This document shows, one piece after another, positions 1 to 10,488 of a stretch of 64,000 bases of DNA (positions are counted from its first letter, which is position 1; every line of letters starts with the position of its first letter). The stretch is taken from assembly GCA_964647665.1 (NCBI GenBank), contig CAZYIX010000001.1, positions 11,080 through 75,079 on the forward strand, written 5' to 3'. The stretch is from an uncultured Candidatus Poseidoniales archaeon (GTDB lineage Archaea; Thermoplasmatota; Poseidoniia; Poseidoniales; Thalassarchaeaceae). Made by a program: the position numbers and the translations under genes. The notes under the pieces are model-generated. The model worked only from the letters and a program-made list of their open reading frames with translations, was not told the origin of the DNA and searched no databases.

Positions 1-46
1 GACGGCTGGGGGCCGTCAGACTCCGGTTCAAATCCGGACGGGCCCA
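1..46 (+). tRNA. tRNA-Pro(GGG), 3' part (5' end outside window)
   Basis: Anticodon arm GACGG-CTGGGGG-CCGTC, T-arm TCCGG-TTCAAAT-CCGGA, 3' acceptor strand CGGGCCC+A, followed by a T-run. Confidence 0.88.
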
Positions 47-105
47 CTTTTTCACGGTGACCGTTCACGGTAGGTTTGAAGCGTCACGGATTTCTGCGCA
101 GCGTT

Positions 106-3100
106 ATGCGCAATTATTCTGCAGGTGTACTGCTTCTCAGTCTCCTATTGTTGACTTCTGCCCTCGCGTGGGTGCAAGCGCCGGCATCAGAGATGCCGAC
201 ATCACCTCAATCGGGTGTTGTCTATACCTCAGATGTGAATTGGAGTGGCATTTTCAATCTGACTGAAGATGTGACTATTGCCAGCGGAGCCACCCTAACT
301 ATTGAGCCGGGAACATTTGTCACCGTGACCGGCGATTATACCATCCGAATTGAAGGTTCTTTCATCGCATTAGGTACCGATCAACAACCTGTGAAGATTA
401 TTTCAAATTACACCTTTGCCCCCAACACCCCACCGATTTGGGAAGGCTTCCAGATTGCCGCAGGTGCTACCGCAGATGTGGCGGATATGAGTATCTACCA
501 TGCCCGTGGTGGTTTTGATATTGACATGGGTGCAACAATGACAATTTTTGACCTTTACATCGCGACAGGATTTGTCGGGATTCGCAACGCAGGCACCCTG
601 ACTGAAGTATCAGGCGGCACGTCGAATTTCGAGCCGGGATTGACCTGTGAAGGTGTGATTAATGCTTGTTTAATTGTAGTAAATGGCGACGTTGACATCA
701 TTGAGATGGAAACCCAGACCACAGGCCAGGGAGTTAGGGTGTCCGGTGGCGACGTCAATATTGACGAGTTGGTAGCGTGGAGTTGTGGGCAAGGAATTGT
801 GTTGGAGGATGGAGCTACATTCACCGGATTCATCACCTCGGCTTACTCAACTAGCATAGTGACGGCAAGCGGTCAGGTAGATGCGGATGTGGATATTGAG
901 ATGAGCGCCGGCAATAGCCGTATTATCGATGTCTCAGGCATATCTGGGCTGCGCATCGGAGAAATATCCTCGGATGGTTTGTGGACAGAATCGGTAGGAG
1001 CGTTGCTGATTGGACGGGATGTGATTGACCTCCGGTTTTCGTTAGGCTCAGTCGCAACGCTTGACGCATGGGCTATTGATGCTGAGGTTAGTGGATTGTT
1101 GGATTTGGGCAATTTGGATATTGTTGGAGTTAGTGGTTATCGCCTAAGTGGTGATGGAACCGTTTACCTGAATCCGCTAAGCAATTTTTCTGCTACTGGC
1201 TTTGATGTGCTTGGGGCAGGAACTTTGGAAATGGATAATGTGGATTTGACCGCAGAAACTCTTGGCTCGGTATCAGGATGGAATATTGTTGCTGATGAAA
1301 GCACTCTTTCTGCACCCGCTGGTGGTGATGGGCTTGAGATATTATCAGGAGAGCATCAATTTGACCAAGTGAATTTCCTCAGGACATTTGAGAATACGGA
1401 TTCTATCTCAGTTGGTTTGCGGGTCGTTTGGGCTTCCGTTGAGATGGATGAAGTCGTATTCATTGGCTGGAACCAAGCGGTTCGTTGCGAGGATGGCTGT
1501 GAGTTGCAGGGCGATTCTCTCACAGCCGGTTCCGGCGGCCGCAACAGCGGCGCTGGGCTAGTAATCAGTGATGGAGACGTGCACCTTGATTCACTGACCA
1601 CCTCAACTAGCGACCGCGGTATCGTAATCGAAGACGGAGACTTACATTTGTCCTCATGGATTGTCTCCTCAGCACACCGCACTTATGGCCTCGAATTGGA
1701 TGGTGAGAGCACCGCTATCATCCGCGACATGCCCTCTTACACTTCTTCTGGACCGTACGATGTCTTAGGAGGTGGCACGCTGCTGTGGGGCTCAAGTGGC
1801 ACACCTTCGATGGCGGTTGGTAGCGAAGACCAGTTTAGCGAATCTACTGTTCGCACCACCGACTTGGCCGGTAATCCACTAATCGATTCTGAGGTAACAG
1901 CACACGGGTTCACCGAGACTGTTGATTCCTCTGCTAATGCTAATCTCCCGCTATTATCGGGTGGATCGGATATCTCTGGCCTGCATACGCCCAGTGGAAT
2001 GGGCGCTCAAGCGACTCTAAGCCCACCGGGTGGCGACGTGCAGATTCCAGTTTTGCCCACCAGCGGCGACTGGACGATTACTACTGGTGTGCACGCCATT
2101 CTTTCTGGCGGTGAACATTCTCTACCAGAAAATCTCACCATTCAAAATGGGGCATCACTCACTCTCGACCATGCAAATCTAAGCATATCAGCATCTGCGA
2201 TGCTGACAGTACTCCCCGGCGGTGCTCTTGGTGGAGATGAGGGCCTATTCTCGGGTGGTTCTGCGACCTTGCATGGTGAGAAGCCATTGCGAGGCAGTGG
2301 CGATGGTTTGACGATGGCATCAGATGCCGATTACACCTGTTATGACCCATGGACTTGGACCAGTGTCACCCTCACAGGGGCTCTTACTCTCTCACAAGAT
2401 TGTGACCTCACTCTGTTGCACGGGCATGCATTAGGCAGCGTGAACCTTGGAACGGATGCGGTATTACACGAGCGTAGCGAGTTGAACATTCGGGTGTTGG
2501 ACAAAGGCGTGGAAGTTGAAGGTGCAACCATTTCTGTCAGCGGTAATTCCGATACTACTGATTCAGATGGTGAGGCAGTTTTCGGGGTGAATCACCGCAC
2601 TGTAAATGATGCCGGTGAGACTACAGTTGGCACTAGAACGGTCGGCATTCAACATGCCAACGTGACGAAGTATCGTTCATGGGACCCTTCGAGCAGTGAA
2701 TCGATGAACGTGATGATTTCAACTGTCACACCCGGTCAGACAAGCGGTTGGGTACGGCTAGAGCCGGTATTTTCTCCATACCACCTCGGCGATGACTTGG
2801 CAGTCATGGAAGGGACCACTTTTGAAATCAGGCCACTGGTTTCCCTTACCGCCGCTACCGAGGTTACAATCAACGTTCGTGGGACCTTCATTCTAGACAC
2901 TGCAACTCTGCAAGGAAATGCTTGGGATGGCGTTCGTTTGAGTGGAGTAGGTGGCTCTGTAATCATGTCTAATGGCTTCTTTTCTGGAGGAACGCTCAGT
3001 TCAGCTGCTCTTGATACCGCTTCACTCAGCGACATGACAATTTCGGATTCCACACTTCTCACCAATGAGGGGACACTGAAAATAGATGGTGGCTTGATTC

Positions 3101-4845
3101 ATCAGAGCGAGGCGTGTATATACGCCGATGATGGTCACTTGATACTATCAAACGTGACATTTCGCGACTGCGATGATTATGCTATCTGGGCAGTCTATGC
3201 AGAGATGTCAATCCAAGACATTGTCCTTGATACTGGCAACAATATTGGTATCTGGGTGGGTGATTCTGATGGATTCATCAGCGGCGCAAATGCAAGTCAG
3301 CATGATGGAGATGGACCAGCGCTCTACCTGATGGGCCAAGATGGCGGATTAGACCTACAACAACTGACTTTGTCTTCTGGTGGTTCTGCTCCAGCACTGA
3401 AGGTTGTGCAAAGCACTTCTGTTAGCATCGAAGATTCGCTAATTTATGGGACTCCAGGAGCACTGTTTGAGGAGAGCACGTTCTCGCTGACCAGAGTTAA
3501 TTTCCTTGGCTCAGGTAGTGGTGTAGGCATTGAGGTGCAAGGTACTAGGATGACTGCGAGTACAATTTCTGAATGTGTCGTTGATGGTTATTCTGTTGGG
3601 CTGAAATTGCTTGGCGATCAAAACGACTGGGAGAATCCCTTGACCAAGAGCCAAGATACTCAATGGCAAACTGACGTTGCCTTCTTTGCTACAGATATTG
3701 GCTTTAACTCACTACGAGATACAATAGAAGGAGAGGTGGTATTGGAATCGATTGCTAAATCCTTTGATGCGCGTATTGTCGATGCCGAAATCAGTTCGGT
3801 GAACATCACGGGTCCTGCGAAGATGTTTGAGGCGCGGGAATGGCTGGTTGACCCTTCAGTGCAAGCAGTAGTCACCATCACCGTTCCTGTTTACCACCCC
3901 GAGGTGGGCGAAGCGTTGTATGAACGGGAATTTGTTCCAACCGACCCAATTCCGATAGTGATTGACCATCGAATTCATGATTTTGACAACTCGTATGATG
4001 CCGGACTTGCCTCGTGGGTTGCAGTAGCGGATGGCTATCTCCCCGCTTCAGATGATTTGGTAATACATCCTACAGGTGAAGCGTTGCTGCAAATCACTCT
4101 CACTGTTAACCAACCGCCAACGGTCAATATTTCTGAACCTCAAGACGGTCTGACTACAACCGAGGGAGCCACGCTGACTCTCGATGCGAATGGATTTGAC
4201 CCCGATGCGAGTTTTGGTTCAGCCTTGGGTTGGGAGTGGTGGTTGATGGAAACCGATGGTAACCCACATCAATTGCTGCTCAGTACAAGCTTTGGCCATG
4301 TTTCTGATCTACCGAGAGGAGATTGGGTTTTGCTAGTCAAAGCAACTGATGAGTGGGGAGGTACTGGTGAAGATAGTATCTCGATAACGGTCGATGCTGC
4401 CGACAGTGATGGTGACTTCACCGACTCCTGTCCTACTAGCGGGCCATCGGCATGGTATGACATTAGCAATCTGATTTGGTGCGGACCGGACATCTATGAC
4501 CAAGACGATGACAATGACCAAATCAAGGATGATCGAGACGATTTCCCAACCGATTCTTGTGCGAGTACCGACACAGATAATGATGGATTCCCAGATGATA
4601 TATTCACGAATTGTGAGACCGATCTTGTTGTTGATGATGACGATGATGATGATGGTGTACCCGACAACGAAGATTCCGACCCTAAGGACCCGCAAAAGGG
4701 TCGTAGTGACACTCCATCCGGGGGTACGGGTTCGATATTTGTGACCATATGCTCACCTGCGGTGGTGCTATCGGTACTTGGCATCGTAGTTGCAACGTTG
4801 TTTGTGGCAATGCGTTCGAGGAGAGAACAAGATGGCGATTCCTGA
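106..4845 (+). CDS. Very large membrane-anchored surface protein (right-handed beta-helix repeats, Ig/PKD-like domain, Asp-rich thrombospondin type-3-like Ca-binding repeats, C-terminal TM)
   Basis: Long ORF; N-terminal signal-like helix; Gly/Ile/Val beta-helix periodicity; DxDxDG repeats; C-terminal hydrophobic helix followed by RSRR. ATG at 106 preferred over TTG at 76. Confidence 0.8.
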   Translation: MRNYSAGVLLLSLLLLTSALAWVQAPASEMPTSPQSGVVYTSDVNWSGIFNLTEDVTIASGATLTIEPGTFVTVTGDYTIRIEGSFIALGTDQQPVKIISNYTFAPNTPPIWEGFQIAAGATADVADMSIYHARGGFDIDMGATMTIFDLYIATGFVGIRNAGTLTEVSGGTSNFEPGLTCEGVINACLIVVNGDVDIIEMETQTTGQGVRVSGGDVNIDELVAWSCGQGIVLEDGATFTGFITSAYSTSIVTASGQVDADVDIEMSAGNSRIIDVSGISGLRIGEISSDGLWTESVGALLIGRDVIDLRFSLGSVATLDAWAIDAEVSGLLDLGNLDIVGVSGYRLSGDGTVYLNPLSNFSATGFDVLGAGTLEMDNVDLTAETLGSVSGWNIVADESTLSAPAGGDGLEILSGEHQFDQVNFLRTFENTDSISVGLRVVWASVEMDEVVFIGWNQAVRCEDGCELQGDSLTAGSGGRNSGAGLVISDGDVHLDSLTTSTSDRGIVIEDGDLHLSSWIVSSAHRTYGLELDGESTAIIRDMPSYTSSGPYDVLGGGTLLWGSSGTPSMAVGSEDQFSESTVRTTDLAGNPLIDSEVTAHGFTETVDSSANANLPLLSGGSDISGLHTPSGMGAQATLSPPGGDVQIPVLPTSGDWTITTGVHAILSGGEHSLPENLTIQNGASLTLDHANLSISASAMLTVLPGGALGGDEGLFSGGSATLHGEKPLRGSGDGLTMASDADYTCYDPWTWTSVTLTGALTLSQDCDLTLLHGHALGSVNLGTDAVLHERSELNIRVLDKGVEVEGATISVSGNSDTTDSDGEAVFGVNHRTVNDAGETTVGTRTVGIQHANVTKYRSWDPSSSESMNVMISTVTPGQTSGWVRLEPVFSPYHLGDDLAVMEGTTFEIRPLVSLTAATEVTINVRGTFILDTATLQGNAWDGVRLSGVGGSVIMSNGFFSGGTLSSAALDTASLSDMTISDSTLLTNEGTLKIDGGLIHQSEACIYADDGHLILSNVTFRDCDDYAIWAVYAEMSIQDIVLDTGNNIGIWVGDSDGFISGANASQHDGDGPALYLMGQDGGLDLQQLTLSSGGSAPALKVVQSTSVSIEDSLIYGTPGALFEESTFSLTRVNFLGSGSGVGIEVQGTRMTASTISECVVDGYSVGLKLLGDQNDWENPLTKSQDTQWQTDVAFFATDIGFNSLRDTIEGEVVLESIAKSFDARIVDAEISSVNITGPAKMFEAREWLVDPSVQAVVTITVPVYHPEVGEALYEREFVPTDPIPIVIDHRIHDFDNSYDAGLASWVAVADGYLPASDDLVIHPTGEALLQITLTVNQPPTVNISEPQDGLTTTEGATLTLDANGFDPDASFGSALGWEWWLMETDGNPHQLLLSTSFGHVSDLPRGDWVLLVKATDEWGGTGEDSISITVDAADSDGDFTDSCPTSGPSAWYDISNLIWCGPDIYDQDDDNDQIKDDRDDFPTDSCASTDTDNDGFPDDIFTNCETDLVVDDDDDDDGVPDNEDSDPKDPQKGRSDTPSGGTGSIFVTICSPAVVLSVLGIVVATLFVAMRSRREQDGDS

Positions 4846-5389
4846 CCCTAATCAGGTCGCTGCGGCCGTTCTCTTGTTCACATCAGCAATCGTGTTGGTC
4901 GATGCGTATAAACTGCTCAAAGTTCAGCGAGAAGTGCCGACTCTTGGACATCTTGTCAACGGAGGATTTGCTTGGGAAAGTGAAGTTGGACATGAGGTGA
5001 TTCGCAACCTCACTCAATTGCTTGCATTGACGGTGATGATGGTTACCCCGTGGTTCCTCGCAGAGCGTAGTGGTACCCCATTGGGTTGGTTGGTTGTATT
5101 CGATGGATTGCTCGCCATTCACTGCATTACATTACTGCTGCCGAAAAGGTATGCACTCACTCGAGATAGGCTGTGGGCCGATGGGATTCGTTACGATTGG
5201 AATAACCTCGCTTGGAAGGGTTGGAAAGGTGGCTCTCGCGTCGTGCTATTCCGCAAGGGATGGTGGCTGTTTGCACCCCTCCCTCTCGGAGGTTCACCTG
5301 AAGATTTGATTCAGATTGCTGCCCGCATTGATGCTATTGACGAGGGCTGCTGGGACGATTTTGTGGCTGGTTTGGACTCAGAAGAATGA
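4832..5389 (+). CDS. Membrane protein with 3 TM helices and a small C-terminal soluble domain (DUF5673-like)
   Basis: ATG at 4832 preceded by GAGGAG; overlaps the upstream stop; hydrophobic segments. Confidence 0.65.
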   Translation: MAIPDPNQVAAAVLLFTSAIVLVDAYKLLKVQREVPTLGHLVNGGFAWESEVGHEVIRNLTQLLALTVMMVTPWFLAERSGTPLGWLVVFDGLLAIHCITLLLPKRYALTRDRLWADGIRYDWNNLAWKGWKGGSRVVLFRKGWWLFAPLPLGGSPEDLIQIAARIDAIDEGCWDDFVAGLDSEE

Positions 5390-5448
5390 ATTGGTAACAA
5401 AACACCCAATCGGACCCCTGAAGAACCCCCCACGCCTCTGTAAGAGGC

Positions 5449-7569
5449 GTGGAAGGTCTAGACATGCCAGCAGATGATGCTCCGCCGACTGCAAATGATG
5501 TTGAGGCGAAGGTGACGTACCTTGCAGAGCAGGTTGCCTACCATTCTGACCTGTACTACAATCAGGCCGCGCCAGAAATTAGCGACGCTGAATTTGATGC
5601 GCTTTGGGACGAGTTGAAGCGACTCTCGCCAGATAATCCACAACTATCACGGGTAGGTGCTGAGATTCCACCTGGCTCGGTGAAGGTGGACCACCGGTTT
5701 ACCATGCTCAGCCTTGACAAGGCAACTACTGCCGAAGAAGTGGCCCATTTTGTGGCAGAGACCACTGCACATGGTCGCCGATTCATTGCCCAACCCAAGT
5801 TGGATGGTTCCGCTCTAAGCCTAGAGTATCGAAGAGGCCGATTGGTTCGTGCCGCTACCCGTGGTAGTGGCGAACGTGGTGAAGATGTGACGGCAAACGC
5901 GTTGCGCATCCCGAACGTCCCTCATCGACTTGATTGGGATGGTGATTGCCATGTGCGAGGTGAGGTGGTAATGCCACTTGCGATCTTCCGAGAGAAATAC
6001 GCAGATGTTGCCCCTAATCCACGTAATTTGGCTGCGGGTAGTCTGCGCCAAAAAAATCTAGAAGCGGGCAAGGGAGACGCATCTGACCTACAATTCCTAG
6101 CCTATGACGTCTGCTTTATTCCCGATGAAGAGAAACACCCCGCCAGTCCTTCAGCCCCCGGACATCTGCTTGATAGCGAATCGATAGCATGGTTGGCTTC
6201 TGTTGGCATTCAACCCGCCGAGGCAACGGTGATAGAAGGGTCAACTGACCAGGCGGTCAGCGACTCTATGCTCGCTGATACCGAGAGATGGACTGAGGCA
6301 CGAGCGGATGCGGAGTGGGAGATTGACGGCGTCGTATTCAAGCTCGATGATATCGCCAAAAGAGATCTTCTCGGAATGACTGCTCACCACCCCCGCTGGG
6401 CCTTGGCGTGGAAATTCCCTCCCGAGGAGGCGACCTCAGTGGTGATGGGTGTTGATTGGCAAACCGGCCGTACCGGTGCAGTGACTCCGGTTGCTAGATT
6501 AGCACCGGTGATGGTCGGCGGTGTGACGGTGGAGAATACCACCTTACACAATGTCGGCGAAGTCGAACGTCTTGGATTGCAGATTGGTGACCGTGTCAAG
6601 GTGGTCCGCCGCGGTGATGTCATTCCGAAGATAATCGAAGTGCTCGGTGCGGCCAGCGCAACTGACATCACCGGTAGGAAGCATGCTGATGGAACCCGAT
6701 TTGAAGCAGAATTGCCCGAACGGCAGCAGCCTGAGCAACCGAGAAACTGCCCCGAGTGTGCCACCGAACTGGTTCTAGATGGCGCTTTCCTGCGCTGCTC
6801 ATCACTGGAGTGCCCTGCCAGAGTGCAACACTCAGTTTTGTATTGGTGCCGAGCATTGGAGATGGATGGGATTGGCGAAAAACTTGCAGAACAGATGTGT
6901 GAATCCGGGCTTATCAGCGGAATTCCCGGTCTTTACCGACTGCAGGTAACTGACCTTGAGAATCTCGACAGAATGGCGGAAAAGAGCGCTGGTAATGTAC
7001 TGTCTCAACTCGATTCTACTCGTCGACTTTCCCTCACTGATTTCCTCTCAGCATTGGGTTTGCCAGGCATCGGCCCAGAATTGGCAGCCGGTATTGCAGG
7101 CGAGGTAACTTCGCTTGCTTCGTTGATGCAATTGGTCGATGCAAGGGATGATGCTGCGGGTGAAGCGGACGATGGTTCGCAGCACAAGCACAACTCTGCA
7201 CTCCTCACGTTGATTGGAATCGAGGGTGTTGGCGAGACCGTGGCTCGGTCTTTGCTAGATGGGCTTGCAACTCGGCGAATCATGGTCGATGAATTGGCTG
7301 AACTACTCGAAATAGAGGATGTAGAGCGTATTGAGGCCCCCGTAGGGGGCCTGTCCGGACTTTCGTTCTGTATCACCGGCACGTTGAGCCGACCACGCAA
7401 AGAAGTCGCGCTGATGATTAAGGCGGCCGGTGGAAAGGTGGTATCATCAGTATCAGGAAAGTTGGACCATTTAGTGGCTGGAGAGAGTGCTGGGTCGAAA
7501 TTAGACAAGGCCAACCGCCTCGGTGTCTCAGTACTCTCTGAGGACGATTTGTCGGCATTACTCGACTAG
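5449..7569 (+). CDS. ligA: NAD-dependent DNA ligase
   Basis: YY..P.ISDAEFD domain Ia, KLDG adenylation motif, TRG.G..GEDVT, NPRN.AAGSLRQ, AWKF, OB fold (GRTG.VTPV), Cys4 finger, HhH, BRCT. Confidence 0.97.
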   Translation: MEGLDMPADDAPPTANDVEAKVTYLAEQVAYHSDLYYNQAAPEISDAEFDALWDELKRLSPDNPQLSRVGAEIPPGSVKVDHRFTMLSLDKATTAEEVAHFVAETTAHGRRFIAQPKLDGSALSLEYRRGRLVRAATRGSGERGEDVTANALRIPNVPHRLDWDGDCHVRGEVVMPLAIFREKYADVAPNPRNLAAGSLRQKNLEAGKGDASDLQFLAYDVCFIPDEEKHPASPSAPGHLLDSESIAWLASVGIQPAEATVIEGSTDQAVSDSMLADTERWTEARADAEWEIDGVVFKLDDIAKRDLLGMTAHHPRWALAWKFPPEEATSVVMGVDWQTGRTGAVTPVARLAPVMVGGVTVENTTLHNVGEVERLGLQIGDRVKVVRRGDVIPKIIEVLGAASATDITGRKHADGTRFEAELPERQQPEQPRNCPECATELVLDGAFLRCSSLECPARVQHSVLYWCRALEMDGIGEKLAEQMCESGLISGIPGLYRLQVTDLENLDRMAEKSAGNVLSQLDSTRRLSLTDFLSALGLPGIGPELAAGIAGEVTSLASLMQLVDARDDAAGEADDGSQHKHNSALLTLIGIEGVGETVARSLLDGLATRRIMVDELAELLEIEDVERIEAPVGGLSGLSFCITGTLSRPRKEVALMIKAAGGKVVSSVSGKLDHLVAGESAGSKLDKANRLGVSVLSEDDLSALLD

Positions 7570-7593
7570 AACGAAGACGCAGATGATTACCAA

Positions 7594-8400
7594 TCAGCCG
7601 TATAGCATTGAGTGGCCGGTAGCGACTTCCTCATCGTCTACCATCGCTTGCTCTGCTCCGAGTTGATGCGCAATCATCATCTTGATTTGCTCCTCGATGC
7701 GCTCAGCCTCCTGCACCAATGGCTCAGGGTCGAGGTGGATTGCAGGTAGCAATGCATTGAGTTTCTCAATCACTCGCGCGGCCGCTCGTGCATCGGGGAT
7801 ATTGCCGGCAGCCTCAGCGAGAATGCACATCATGTCCAACTTGCGTCGGCGACCTTCACCGAGCAGCACGCCGCTCATTCCAGCAATCATTCCTGCTGAT
7901 AGCAGTGTGACTTCCATGTTCTCTAGTTGTTCGCGTGCCCAATCGGTCGCACCGATGCCAAGCAATGTCTCATCCGTATCATCATCATCAACGACCTCAT
8001 GGCCGCTTTGCTGTTGATGGCTGAATGCATCAATCAGAATACCTGCTCTGAAGTTACCCTGTTTGCTGAACTCGAGCAAGGCCTCTGAAAGAGGTAGGCA
8101 CATCCGTGCCGGAACCGGGGCCTCTGAGACGATAACCACCACATTATCGCAGGTATCCATATTGCACACAGGCTTGCCAGCATAAACCCTGACAGGAGGC
8201 ATGGGTTTGCCTTCTTGCACCAAGGCCACCGGGGGGAATCTGGGATGAAGAACGCCACCGACAAAATCCAACTCCAATCGCTCAATCAAATAGTGTGCGA
8301 CGATGCTGCTAACATGACTCACAGAGGGGAAACATGCGACTACCAGGGCATCTTTTGTGTCCAATGAAGCGGAGACCTTCACTCTCGGGGTATCAACCAT
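7594..8400 (-). CDS. PAC2-family proteasome assembly chaperone with C-terminal HbYX motif (-LYG)
   Basis: FPSV..V..I...YL..L, PPVRVY, G..G.LL, PDARAAA motifs; ends SMLYG. Confidence 0.88.
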   Translation of the reverse strand: MVDTPRVKVSASLDTKDALVVACFPSVSHVSSIVAHYLIERLELDFVGGVLHPRFPPVALVQEGKPMPPVRVYAGKPVCNMDTCDNVVVIVSEAPVPARMCLPLSEALLEFSKQGNFRAGILIDAFSHQQQSGHEVVDDDDTDETLLGIGATDWAREQLENMEVTLLSAGMIAGMSGVLLGEGRRRKLDMMCILAEAAGNIPDARAAARVIEKLNALLPAIHLDPEPLVQEAERIEEQIKMMIAHQLGAEQAMVDDEEVATGHSMLYG

Positions 8401-8486
8401 GTTGCTCGCACCTACGGCGATGGAGTTAATGATTGGGGATGCGAGGGAGGGGGGCTGGCACAGCGGGATTGGGGACTAGGTTGTCG

Positions 8487-9650
8487 ATGAGTGATTGGAC
8501 ATGGGAAGAACGCGGCCACCAATTGTCGCCCAGTGCATGGAATAATTTCGCATCCTGCCCGCGCAAGTATTGGCTTTCTCGCCAGAGGCTTCCGCGCAAG
8601 GCCGGGATGGCTTCTGCTGTTGGGACTACGGTACACAATACGGTTGAGGACCTGTGCAATATCGACCTCACTGATCGTGATGGAGAGGAAGTGGACTGGT
8701 TACCTCCCACCGCTAAAGCGATTCTTGAGAAACAGTGGGAGGGCGAGCGCGACTCGTTTTTTGCAACACCACGCCACCCTAAATGGAAGGAAGAAGAATT
8801 TTCACGTTGTCATACGTTGTTGATTGGCTCACTCAACATACTGTTTGCCAAAGCACGCACTGGTCGCGTTTCCCTCAGTCAAGTTAGCATAGATATGTGG
8901 CGAGACATTCAGGAAATGGTATTGGCGGCTGAAGGCACACTTCGCACTTCATGCGGCCGTCTGATGGGTCGTCTTGACCTGCTTATCGCCGACCGCGACG
9001 AGGACGGGAAAGTCATCGGTTGGGTTGTAGCCGACCTGAAGACCGGAAAACCACCCGGCGATGAGTTGTACGACACGGTCAGTCGGCAACTGCGTTTTTA
9101 TCGGGATGTTCTCATTGAAAACAACCCAGACCATCCTCCAATCAAGGCCGAAGGATGGTATTCCAATGGTTCCGTTGTATTCCAAGCAGAAGGCCCGAGT
9201 GTACTAGATGAGGCATTTGAGGCATGGGCGGCGACCCGACCTTGCGAAGACCCGCTGCCTGCAATCCCTGATACCGATGCTTGTTCATTTTGCGATTGGA
9301 AAGCGTGGTGCCCGGCTTGGTTGTGGGCTAGGGCCAACGGTTCTCTCCAACCTACTGGCATTTTCAGAGACATGGTTGCTACCTTAGTTCGCGTAGAAGA
9401 AGACACTGGAATTTGTCTGGTAGAAAGGATGGCTCCCGCAGATGAACAAGGAGCGCTCGCCACCACAGGGCAGCGGCATGGAGCGGTATTCGTCGGTAAG
9501 GCACTCGAGCGACTTGTCGAACTGCAAGCATCCGATTGGGATGGGCCGGTTTACCTCGGTGGAGTCCGACTTGATGGTGATACCTGGAAACTCGGGGATT
9601 GGTGCGATGTATTGCCTTGGGACCCTATATTGAAGTCAAGACGTAGTTGA
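8487..9650 (+). CDS. PD-(D/E)XK (RecB/Cas4-like) nuclease with Fe-S cluster cysteines and a C-terminal extension
   Basis: LSPS...CPRK, GT..H, GRLD, DLKTG, QLRFY, CxxCx5C. Confidence 0.88.
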   Translation: MSDWTWEERGHQLSPSAWNNFASCPRKYWLSRQRLPRKAGMASAVGTTVHNTVEDLCNIDLTDRDGEEVDWLPPTAKAILEKQWEGERDSFFATPRHPKWKEEEFSRCHTLLIGSLNILFAKARTGRVSLSQVSIDMWRDIQEMVLAAEGTLRTSCGRLMGRLDLLIADRDEDGKVIGWVVADLKTGKPPGDELYDTVSRQLRFYRDVLIENNPDHPPIKAEGWYSNGSVVFQAEGPSVLDEAFEAWAATRPCEDPLPAIPDTDACSFCDWKAWCPAWLWARANGSLQPTGIFRDMVATLVRVEEDTGICLVERMAPADEQGALATTGQRHGAVFVGKALERLVELQASDWDGPVYLGGVRLDGDTWKLGDWCDVLPWDPILKSRRS

Positions 9651-9705
9651 TTGCACTAATTGTATTCAGCGCGTCTTTGAATAATCGCCACTCATTGGGC
9701 TTGTC

Positions 9706-10488
9706 ATGGCGGAGGATGACCCCAAGGCTACCGCCGACGATGGCGAATGGTATGACGAGGTCGTTGACGATGGCGGTGAAGATGACGGTCGTTTCGGAGG
9801 CTTTGCCGTTCGCCGCCCCACTATGACCGGTCGAGACCGAGTAGAAGGAGCCGAGTGGGGTCGCTATTTTGAGAAAAGTTCCTCAAAGGATTTCAAGTCC
9901 AAAAAGCAAGAAATAGAATCTGGTTGGGATGCGAAAGATGCAACCTTCGCAATCTCCAGTCTATTCGCCGGATTCAAAACACTCACTATGGGCCTATCCG
10001 CTATACTCAACGCCCTCCCTGCACTTGGGCTTGCTGCTGTGTTGTTGGTCAGTGCACCCTATGCCGCTGAATCGATTTCAGGTGGCGGCGGCCTAGCAAT
10101 ACAATTCCTTCTTGCGATACTGGCATTGGCAGTAACTCTAATCGGTTCGTTGCAAGTCATTATTTTCAGCGTAAATCAGGGTATGCACGAACGCAGCGTT
10201 CGTTCAGAGGGTGACAGTGTCATAGAATTGTTGAGTTGGGGCCAGTCACTATCTGCAGCCTGCATGTTATTTGTCGAGACACTGCTGACTTTGGCCATCG
10301 TCTGGTCTGTAACTGCCATCGGTCTGTTTTTGCTCGCTGACGGTATGTTCGGACTTTCACTACCACCAATCGATACCACACACCTCTCTGCCGGAATGCT
10401 GCTCTATCTGCTCGGAGTCATTGTTTCAATAATCGCCATGGTAGGAATGCTCCCCTATACGATTAGGCGTAGCGTTGAACTGTCTTGA
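9706..10488 (+). CDS. Hypothetical membrane protein (acidic N-terminus, about 4 TM)
   Basis: 260 aa ORF with hydrophobic helices; TTTGAATA box about 25 nt upstream of the ATG. Confidence 0.65.
   Translation: MAEDDPKATADDGEWYDEVVDDGGEDDGRFGGFAVRRPTMTGRDRVEGAEWGRYFEKSSSKDFKSKKQEIESGWDAKDATFAISSLFAGFKTLTMGLSAILNALPALGLAAVLLVSAPYAAESISGGGGLAIQFLLAILALAVTLIGSLQVIIFSVNQGMHERSVRSEGDSVIELLSWGQSLSAACMLFVETLLTLAIVWSVTAIGLFLLADGMFGLSLPPIDTTHLSAGMLLYLLGVIVSIIAMVGMLPYTIRRSVELS

Noticed and set aside
8487-9650. CRISPR-Cas locus suggested by the Cas4-like gene
   Set aside because: No repeat-spacer array or other cas genes seen in the window
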